NCBI GenBank assembly: GCA_018992685.1
Contig: JACVGT010000043.1
Location: 1 to 27,917 of the forward strand
Direction: 5' to 3'
Origin: Theionarchaea archaeon
GTDB taxonomy: Archaea; Methanobacteriota_B; Thermococci; Methanofastidiosales; SZ-28-30
DNA length: 27,917 nt
Part shown: positions 9,304-16,616 of the stretch, piece after piece
Layout of the letters: each line of letters starts with the position of its first letter
How positions within the stretch are numbered: the first letter of the stretch is position 1
Notes under the pieces: generated by a model
Database searches by the model: none
Told to the model about the DNA's origin: nothing
The model's input: only the letters and a program-made list of their open reading frames with translations
Position numbers and translations under genes: made by a program

Positions 9304-10596
9304 CTATTTTTTCTTTTCTTCCTTTTTGGGTATGATATCTACGCATACTCCAGCAGCAACTGTGGTGACCCCATCTCTCAAGGCAAATCGGGATAGCCGG
9401 GGGAATTCAGAGGCTTTCTCGATTACCAGTGGCTTCAGAGGTTTAATCCACACAATTCCCCCCTGGCCAGGTTGTACACCCTCAACGTCACCCGAAAGCA
9501 CTTCTCCTGTGGATATGTCAAATGTACTCTTCACCTTCATGACCTGCACCGGCACCACGGCCTGGTGACAGTGGATCAAAGGACAATATCCCACCCCAAG
9601 ATACCTATTCCAGGCCATGACCCGTGCCTTGAATTGATCAGCCATCTGGGACAATTCACCTGCCTTACATACCATGTATCCCTTCTTGATTTCCCGCTTG
9701 TTCACTGCCCCTGATAAAGCCAATCCCACATCAAACCCGGGCTCAGCCGCGGGCAGTCTCTTATGCTGCCACTCAATGGAAAGAATCTTCCCCGTTCCCC
9801 CATAGGGGACCACCTGTATGGTATCTCCTTCTTTCACTTCACCACTTTCCACCTTTCCTGCAACAATGATCTTCCCCATGCCGCGGGAAGTGAAGGTTCT
9901 CAAAACAGGCATTCTGAAAGGTCTGTCCACTGGTCTCGGGGGTTCTTGAAGGGTGTCCAGAGCTTCCAGGAAAGTCGGACCCGTGTACCAGTCCATTTTC
10001 GATGAGGACACAGACACATTCTCTCCATGAAAGGCAGACCCAGGTATATACATGATATTTTCCAGCTTGGAAAAGCCTAGAGAAGAAAGAAACTCTTTTA
10101 ATTTGCTCTTCACGGTCTCAAAGGCGTCCTTGGAATATGAGACCAGATCCATCTTGTTAATAAAGACAAGCAACTGGTCCACCCCCAGTGTTAACATGAG
10201 TATAGCATGTTCTTTGGTCTGGGGCATGATTTTTTCCAGCGTATCCTGAGCGTCCACCACCAGAACACCTGCATCAGCTTCAGCGGTGCCAGTAATCATG
10301 TTCTTCACAAAGTCAGAATGCCCTGGGGCATCGATGATGTTGAACCTCCTGTTCTGGGTTTCAAAGGCTTTGAATCCCAATTCAATGGTTAGTCCACGTC
10401 TCCTCTCTTCGAGACTGGTGTCCATGACAAAGGCATATCTGAAGGTCTCCTTCCCCAGATCCTTGGCATCACGCTCTGCCTTGTCCTTTTCAGCCTTTGA
10501 GACGAGGTTCAAGTCTTCAAATAGGCGTCCAACTAACGTTGACTTTCCATGATCCACATGTCCTGCAATGACCAGGTTAATCATCGGTTTTTCCAT
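9304..10596 (-). CDS. Translation elongation factor EF-1alpha-like GTPase (divergent paralogue)
   Basis: G motifs GHVDHGKST, RGLTI, DAPGH, NKMD and SAF. Domains II and III are present (PLVIEKASEFPRLSRFALRD). Aminoacyl pocket residues are altered, and the gene is not in a fus-tuf-rpsJ context. Confidence 0.9.
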   Translation of the reverse strand: MEKPMINLVIAGHVDHGKSTLVGRLFEDLNLVSKAEKDKAERDAKDLGKETFRYAFVMDTSLEERRRGLTIELGFKAFETQNRRFNIIDAPGHSDFVKNMITGTAEADAGVLVVDAQDTLEKIMPQTKEHAILMLTLGVDQLLVFINKMDLVSYSKDAFETVKSKLKEFLSSLGFSKLENIMYIPGSAFHGENVSVSSSKMDWYTGPTFLEALDTLQEPPRPVDRPFRMPVLRTFTSRGMGKIIVAGKVESGEVKEGDTIQVVPYGGTGKILSIEWQHKRLPAAEPGFDVGLALSGAVNKREIKKGYMVCKAGELSQMADQFKARVMAWNRYLGVGYCPLIHCHQAVVPVQVMKVKSTFDISTGEVLSGDVEGVQPGQGGIVWIKPLKPLVIEKASEFPRLSRFALRDGVTTVAAGVCVDIIPKKEEKKK

Positions 10597-10640
10597 AGTA
10601 TCATCTCATTTCATTCGATCTTGGAACTCTATCCTGTTCC

Positions 10641-12158
10641 TCAGTTCTCTGGTTCATTTTCTGGCACGTTTCCTTCCTTCATGACCTCGGCCAGCTCTTC
10701 CAGTAGTACCGGCGCTTGCTCTTCTGTTTCCAGGTTTTTAAGCATGACCTTTCCTTCCTTGAGTTCCTTGGGTCCCAGAATGACACAGTACTTCGCTCTG
10801 ATTTCAGATGCGTAACCCAGCTGCCCTTTCAGGTCCCTCTGGGTCATCTCGGTTTCAACCTTAAACCCTCTCTCTCGTAGATCCTGGGATATTCTTACCG
10901 CGTTTTGGTCAAGGCTCTCGTTCACGACTGCAATGAACACGTCCACCTTGCGGGGAGTGGGAATATCCTTGATGAGCAGGCGGGACAGGACGATTCGGTC
11001 AAACCCAAAGGCATATCCCGTAGCTGGAGTGGGAAGTCCTCCAAATTCCTCCACGAGCCTGTCGTATCGACCACCCCCGCACACCTGTTTCTGGGCGCCC
11101 AGCAAGGGGACATCAAATTCAAAGACAGTCCCAGTATAGTAGTCCAGCCCTCGAGCCACACCCAGAACAACCTCGTAGTTGGAAACTCCATAGGCCTCTA
11201 GATAGGTTAGCACCTCGTCCAGCTCCTGCAATGATTGCTCAACTGCACTGCCTTTGAGCAACGTCTGTGCTGTGGGCATTACCTCAGAACGAGGTCCACA
11301 TACCTTGGAGACTTCCAGCAGCAAATCAACAGTCTTTTCAGGCACTCCTTCTGCAACCCAGGCTGCCCTATACGTCTGTTCCATGACAATGGGCATCTTC
11401 TCTACCCATGAGGCCAAATTCTCCAAGGCAGAGGGCAGGATCTCGTACTTCCCGAAAGACTCAACTCCCTCGCTGATCAAGCTCATCTGGAGGTCATAGA
11501 GCATGCTCAGGTATGTCTTGATGTAGGTCTTGTCATCGATCTCCAATTCGCTCTTCTCTGCAATCAATGCACATTTCTCCCGGGTGGACATGATTCCATC
11601 AATATTACCAATGATGCGGTTCTGATTTTCCAGATCAAGGCCTGCATCTTCCAGAATACCTCTGAAAATTCCAATGTTTCCCACCTTTAACCTGTAGAGA
11701 GTAATGCCGACATTTTCCAGAGTTTTGGCCCCCACGCATATGACCTCTGCATCCGCCATTGGAGATTGAGACCCCATGAGCTCGATACCCGCTTGCCAGA
11801 ACTGACGATACCGCCCCGCCTGGGGTTCTTCATACCTAAAGCAGGGCCCCAGATAGTAGACTTTGTAGGGCTTGGGAAGGTCTATCTTTCCGGTAACAAT
11901 CATCCGGCATACTGCGGCGGTAATTTCTGGCCGCAGTGCATATTCCACCTCGTCTGCCATAAAGGTGAACATTCCTTCTCTAATCTCCTCACCAGAGCGA
12001 GCCGCCAGCAAAGCAAATTCTTCAAATATGGGAGTTTGAACTTCCTGAAACCCAAAAGATTCAAAGGTCTTGCGGACAATATCTTCTACATAACGACGCT
12101 GGGCCATTTCTTCAGGAAGAAAGTCCATGGTACCTCGTGGTAAACTGAATTCTACCAT
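10641..12158 (-). CDS. hisS: Histidine--tRNA ligase with enlarged insertion domain
   Basis: Motifs PRGTMDF, LRPEIT, motif 2 FRYEEPQAGRYRQFWQ, HisA RGLDYY, HisB GGGRYD and motif 3 FGFDRI, then a C-terminal anticodon-binding domain. SD GAGGTGAT at 12162-12169. Confidence 0.93.
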   Translation of the reverse strand: MVEFSLPRGTMDFLPEEMAQRRYVEDIVRKTFESFGFQEVQTPIFEEFALLAARSGEEIREGMFTFMADEVEYALRPEITAAVCRMIVTGKIDLPKPYKVYYLGPCFRYEEPQAGRYRQFWQAGIELMGSQSPMADAEVICVGAKTLENVGITLYRLKVGNIGIFRGILEDAGLDLENQNRIIGNIDGIMSTREKCALIAEKSELEIDDKTYIKTYLSMLYDLQMSLISEGVESFGKYEILPSALENLASWVEKMPIVMEQTYRAAWVAEGVPEKTVDLLLEVSKVCGPRSEVMPTAQTLLKGSAVEQSLQELDEVLTYLEAYGVSNYEVVLGVARGLDYYTGTVFEFDVPLLGAQKQVCGGGRYDRLVEEFGGLPTPATGYAFGFDRIVLSRLLIKDIPTPRKVDVFIAVVNESLDQNAVRISQDLRERGFKVETEMTQRDLKGQLGYASEIRAKYCVILGPKELKEGKVMLKNLETEEQAPVLLEELAEVMKEGNVPENEPEN

Positions 12159-12176
12159 AAAATCACCTCAAATCCG

Positions 12177-12183
12177 AAAAAAA
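12177..12183 (-). terminator. U7 tract in the hisS leader (putative premature terminator)
   Basis: Seven T on the minus strand follow a GC-rich segment (GGACCTGGGCAGC) and lie upstream of the hisS SD. Confidence 0.4.
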
Positions 12184-12221
12184 GCTGCCCAGGTCCAACT
12201 ACCTTCAACAAAGATTCTAAC

Positions 12222-12263
12222 CTAGTCCGGGTGAAGGCAATCCCTTCTGAGCATTTTTGTCAT
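12222..12263 (-). CDS. Putative leader peptide MTKMLRRDCLHPD upstream of hisS
   Basis: ATG lies 24 nt below the TATA box, the same spacing as leaderless genes in this window. It has 13 codons including one His codon (CAC) and ends in TAG. Confidence 0.4.
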   Translation of the reverse strand: MTKMLRRDCLHPD

Positions 12264-12286
12264 CTGGCCCCACAAGCAGGTGAGGG

Positions 12287-12300
12287 TATATAAGGATTTC
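12287..12300 (-). promoter_or_regulatory. BRE/TATA promoter of the hisS-EF1alpha-like operon
   Basis: Minus strand reads GAAATCC-TTATATA. Confidence 0.6.
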
Positions 12301-12413
12301 GGTTGCCATCTCATTCGATTCAGAAAAGGGGCAATCATATAAATGCAGCTTTTCTTGCCGCTTGTGTTTTCTTGCAGTGTGGTGGCGTGTCACAGTCCCG
12401 GAGTATACCAACC

Positions 12414-12422
12414 TTTTTATAA
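12414..12422 (+). promoter_or_regulatory. TATA box of hutH
   Basis: TTTTTATAA about 30 nt upstream of ATG 12452. Confidence 0.55.
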
Positions 12423-12451
12423 CTCAGACATGAGAAAAAAACGGGAATTAC

Positions 12452-13996
12452 ATGGATAAAAAGGTTGAAATTGATGGTGAGCACCTGACCATAGAACAGG
12501 TGATGGATGTCGCCCGTCACCATTGGATTGTCATTCTTAATCACGCAGCACGAAATAAAATGGAAGGTAGTGAGAAAGCTGTCCAGAAAATAGTGGAGAA
12601 GGACGAACCTGTCTACGGCATAAATACTGGATTTGGTCCTCTCCGGGATACAAAGATTGATAGAGATAAAGTGGGCCAGCTCCAAGTCAATCTAATCAGG
12701 AGTCATTCTGTAGGTACAGGAGATCCCTTCCCTGAGGAAGTTGTGCGTGCAGCCATGGTGATCAGAGCGAACACCATTGCCAAAGGATGTTCAGGCGCGC
12801 GGCCTGTCGTGGCAGAGACGCTGCTGAAGATGCTGAATCAGGAGGTTACGCCCTTTGTTCCAGAGAAAGGTTCTGTGGGTGCCAGCGGGGATCTTGCGCC
12901 TCTGTCGCACCTAGCCCTGGTCATGATTGGTGAAGGCGAAGCATGCTACAAGGGAGAAAAGATGCCTGGCCAGGAAGGCATGGAAAAAGCAGGGATTGCA
13001 CCTCTGAAGTTGAAAGCCAAAGAAGGACTGGCTATAAACAACGGAGCTACCTTTTCTGCTGGAATGGCAGCTCTGGCTGTATCTGATGCAGAAGCACTCC
13101 TCAAGAATGCAGTGCTGGCAGCGGCTTTGAGTTTTGAAGCTTTTAAGGCCACATCAAAAGCTTTTGACGAAAGAATTCACCAGTTGAGACCTCACAAGGG
13201 ACAGATTGAAATCGCCAAGCACATTAGAGATCTTACGAGAAGAAGTCGGATCATTGATTCCATGGAGAAGAAAGTCCAGGATGACTATTCTGTCCGCTGT
13301 TTCCCCCAAGTCCTGGGAGCTTCCTTTGATGCTGTCAAGTATGTTCGCCAGGTTGTAGAAACAGAGATTAATTCAGCCACTGACAATCCCCTGATCATTG
13401 ATGACCATGCCATATCTGGTGGTAATTTTCATGGGCAGCCGCTGGCTCTCGCAATGGATTTTCTGGGAATTGCAGTGTCAGAAATTGGGGATATTTCAGA
13501 ACGACACCTAGCAAAGCTCATGGACAACCATCATTCTGATGGACTTCCCATTTTTCTGATTCCTGAGGGAAAAGAAGGATTGAACAGCGGTCCCATGATG
13601 GTGCAGTACACTGCTGCCTCCTTGGTTTCTGAGAACAAAGTGCTCTCTCACCCCGCTTGTGTGGATTCCATACCAACCTCAGCCAATGCAGAAGATCACG
13701 TGAGCATGTCCACCATTGCTGCCCGGAAAGCCAGGGAAATTCTCAGCAATGTAGAAGCAATCATTGGCATTGAATTGCTCTCTGCTGCCCAGGCTGTAGA
13801 CTTGCGGAGAAATGAAGGGTACACTCCTGATGATCTGGGTGAAGGGTCTCGAGTTGTGTATACTGCAGTTCGTGAGCACATTCCGGCCCTGACAGAAGAC
13901 AGGTACTTGTATCCGGATCTAGAGGCAGCACGGGGATTGGTTCATGAGAGGAACCTCATTGAAAAGACTCGACAGTACTGGAAAGGCAATAAATAG
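12452..13996 (+). CDS. hutH: Histidine ammonia-lyase
   Basis: Motifs YGINTGFG, LIRSH (His-selectivity SH), GSVGASGDLAPL (MIO-forming ASG), QDDYSVRC, NSATDNP, GGNFHG and SANAEDHVSM. Confidence 0.93.
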   Translation: MDKKVEIDGEHLTIEQVMDVARHHWIVILNHAARNKMEGSEKAVQKIVEKDEPVYGINTGFGPLRDTKIDRDKVGQLQVNLIRSHSVGTGDPFPEEVVRAAMVIRANTIAKGCSGARPVVAETLLKMLNQEVTPFVPEKGSVGASGDLAPLSHLALVMIGEGEACYKGEKMPGQEGMEKAGIAPLKLKAKEGLAINNGATFSAGMAALAVSDAEALLKNAVLAAALSFEAFKATSKAFDERIHQLRPHKGQIEIAKHIRDLTRRSRIIDSMEKKVQDDYSVRCFPQVLGASFDAVKYVRQVVETEINSATDNPLIIDDHAISGGNFHGQPLALAMDFLGIAVSEIGDISERHLAKLMDNHHSDGLPIFLIPEGKEGLNSGPMMVQYTAASLVSENKVLSHPACVDSIPTSANAEDHVSMSTIAARKAREILSNVEAIIGIELLSAAQAVDLRRNEGYTPDDLGEGSRVVYTAVREHIPALTEDRYLYPDLEAARGLVHERNLIEKTRQYWKGNK

Positions 13997-14170
13997 GCAG
14001 TCAGAATTCGTCAAAGAAAAGTGCCAAAGTTGCCGTTCTCATCGAAAAATGCCACATCCAGTGGACGTGCCTCCCATACTGCAAACGGAGTTCGTGGTGG
14101 GCTCTTCCAGCTTAACCTTTTATGTCTGATCACTCCAAGGACAGAACAGAAAAACTCTGCTGGCACCTCA

Positions 14171-16471
14171 TCACTGAGGAGTCCATTCGTATTCGTCCAT
14201 CACGTTCCCCTCAGCATCCCGTAGAGTGGCAATATCTCCTGAATTATTCCACCTCTCCACAGGAGAGCTCCAGTACAGGGCAACCTCGCTGTTTGCTCCT
14301 GAACCTGTATACACGAAGACAAAGCTCTGGGCCCTGATCACAAATCCCTGTGGAAATTCAAAGTATCCTCCAACATTGTTTTCCAGAGTCCATCCTGACA
14401 TGTCAATATCACTATCACTGTTGTTGCAGATTTTCACCCATTCCTGGTTGAGGTTTGCATTATCATCTCCTTCAGGGTCAAACTGCACCTGACATACGAC
14501 AATTGGCCGGACTTGTTCAATTATTTCAAAGGAATCCACCATCTTCTCGAAAATCGGCAAATACTTGTTGTAGGTACTGATAACAGAGATATATGTCAGA
14601 AGGTACAGGGTATCTTCTTTTATTGTACCCACCTGTACAGTTATGTTTAATTCGCCACCTGTCTCTTTGCCCGTGATATAGACTACCTTATGAGCTGGGC
14701 TGTCTGCCAAGGTAACTGCAGTGGATTCAATAACCCGCAATTCAGGATTTTGTTCTTTCATTGCTGTAAGGTCACGTTCAACGTACTGATGGATGTCTGT
14801 TGAATCTCCTGGTTTAAGCTCGGTGACAAACACGACCACATTTTCTCTGCTTGTGTCCCTCTCTCCTTCGAGAGGACTCAAGAAAACAACTGCATCTATA
14901 CCTTCAACCTGTTCCACTGTCCACTGGTTGTAGTACAGAACTCTGTACCCTGCTTTCGAATTCTCGTACAGAGTAAAGTCAGTATCAGGGAGCCCTTCTC
15001 GTTCTTCAGCAACTCCCCCGATTATTCTCTCTGCAGCAGTGACAAACCCCCTAATACCAGGTTCAAAATCCTCCAGAATGTAGACCTCCAGTGCCTGGCC
15101 ATCTCCCACCACAATCTCATCCACGTGGTCCAGGTCAATGTCTTCCACAATCAGGAACTCGGGCTGAGAACTGATGGCCATTGACGCAGTAATCATCTGA
15201 GAAAAGTTGGAAAGCAAGACACTCTCCCCTTGCAGAGACACAATTGCCTGTAAATCAATGGTAAACAAGGTGGCCTGACTAACCAGTAAGACCTGATCAC
15301 CCATAATCCTCATCTGTAAGAGGGGCGGGGGCAGATGCACCTTTCCCAGAAGTTCTCCTCCTCTCGTCAGGTACAGAGTATCGTATGATATGAAAAGAGC
15401 TTCCTGTGTACCGTCACCATCAACGTCATGGAACTGAAAATCATTGATGTGCTCATACGTGGCGTAGTTCCACAGCACATTTCCTTTCATATCATAAGCA
15501 ACTAAGAAGTGTTCCCAGTTCTCATCCAGAATGCCGCTCACGACGAGCTCTTTCTTTCGATCGTAGTTAATATCAGAAATCATGAATTTGGAGATTCGCC
15601 CGCTCACAGGCAGATCAGTTATCCAGGTTCCTTCATTGTCAAATATCAGAACACGATTTCCTTTTCCGTACACGTTTACTGCCACATAATGGTCATAGCA
15701 GTACAGTCCCCGTGGAGAGCCGGGCACAGGGTTTCTCCACACTAGGGTTCCTTCATGATCAAAAACGTAGAGATCGCCCTCATCATCCACCAGGACATCG
15801 CAGGCTATGATGATCTCTTCTTTTCCATTGTGGTCCAGGTCGAAGCACGTTAATGCTTTGATTTCTCTGGACACGTGGTAGTACCATTTGAGTCTATTAT
15901 TCTCGTAGACATAGATGGCACCTCTATCCCAGGGGTCTGAGACAATTCGCAGGCACCCAAAGACGTAGTCATATGATGTATCTCGGTCAAGGTCTGAAAT
16001 GTCCATGGCTGTGACACGGCTGATGTCCAGATCTTTCAACCACAGTACGGGTCCCCGCGGGATGTATTCAAAAATCCTGCGCTTCATCCTAGTCGTAACC
16101 TCTTTTGTGAGTTCTCGAGTAGCTCCTGCAAAAATGAAAAAAGTCTTCCCTCTTATTTCTCTTATAAACAGGTTCGATGCACCTGGCGTTCTAATGTACT
16201 CCTGTTCAGTTGAATCCAGCAGAGTGCGCACCAGTTCGCCAACTCCCTGCGGAGCATCGGGACCGCCCAGAATAACGTAGTGCTGGTAGTTCTGATAGCT
16301 GGGGAACTGCTCTGCCGTAATTGGTATAACATCGAATGATTGACGCAAATACGTGATAAGGCTTGAGGAATAGTCGATGGAATTTGAGATTACCACGATT
16401 TTCTTAGATTCCATTTCCAGGCTCCCAGAAAGAAGCAACAGCACCAGTGCTGCAGCCAGCACTTTTCTCAT
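14171..16471 (-). CDS. Secreted multidomain protein: S-layer-C-like domain, FG-GAP-type beta-propeller, PsbP/DcrB-like domain, C-terminal lamin-tail domain
   Basis: Signal peptide. ILGGPDAP...AGATRELT motif. Repeated DLDxxGxxE-type motifs. YENSKAGYRVLY...FEKMVDSFEI segment. NQEWVKICN...DMSGWTL...WNNSGDIATLRD lamin-tail motifs. Confidence 0.75.
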   Translation of the reverse strand: MRKVLAAALVLLLLSGSLEMESKKIVVISNSIDYSSSLITYLRQSFDVIPITAEQFPSYQNYQHYVILGGPDAPQGVGELVRTLLDSTEQEYIRTPGASNLFIREIRGKTFFIFAGATRELTKEVTTRMKRRIFEYIPRGPVLWLKDLDISRVTAMDISDLDRDTSYDYVFGCLRIVSDPWDRGAIYVYENNRLKWYYHVSREIKALTCFDLDHNGKEEIIIACDVLVDDEGDLYVFDHEGTLVWRNPVPGSPRGLYCYDHYVAVNVYGKGNRVLIFDNEGTWITDLPVSGRISKFMISDINYDRKKELVVSGILDENWEHFLVAYDMKGNVLWNYATYEHINDFQFHDVDGDGTQEALFISYDTLYLTRGGELLGKVHLPPPLLQMRIMGDQVLLVSQATLFTIDLQAIVSLQGESVLLSNFSQMITASMAISSQPEFLIVEDIDLDHVDEIVVGDGQALEVYILEDFEPGIRGFVTAAERIIGGVAEEREGLPDTDFTLYENSKAGYRVLYYNQWTVEQVEGIDAVVFLSPLEGERDTSRENVVVFVTELKPGDSTDIHQYVERDLTAMKEQNPELRVIESTAVTLADSPAHKVVYITGKETGGELNITVQVGTIKEDTLYLLTYISVISTYNKYLPIFEKMVDSFEIIEQVRPIVVCQVQFDPEGDDNANLNQEWVKICNNSDSDIDMSGWTLENNVGGYFEFPQGFVIRAQSFVFVYTGSGANSEVALYWSSPVERWNNSGDIATLRDAEGNVMDEYEWTPQ

Positions 16472-16616
16472 GCCTCTACTACTTCACAATACCTTATAAA
16501 ACTTACGGTTATGATAGTAGCTTAGAAGGAAGAATCACAGAATTGTGGTGTCGTATGGGTATCGGAAAATGACAACATTCTTATACACTCTCACGAGGAA
16601 GAACTGTGGTGTGAAC

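Noticed and set aside
9304-10596. SelB or CysN assignment for the GTPase
   Set aside because: There is no SelB C-terminal domain IV and no sel genes. There is no cysD neighbour, and the G1 and domain III motifs are EF-1alpha type.
10641-12158. HisZ (ATP-PRT regulatory subunit)
   Set aside because: Catalytic motifs and the anticodon-binding domain are intact, and there is no hisG neighbour.
12452-13996. Aminomutase or PAL/TAL instead of HAL
   Set aside because: The SH selectivity motif and the ED in SANAEDH match histidine ammonia-lyases.
14021-14166. MITE suggested by GTGCCA...TGGCAC inverted ends
   Set aside because: The match is short and gapped, with no target duplication or second copy in the window.
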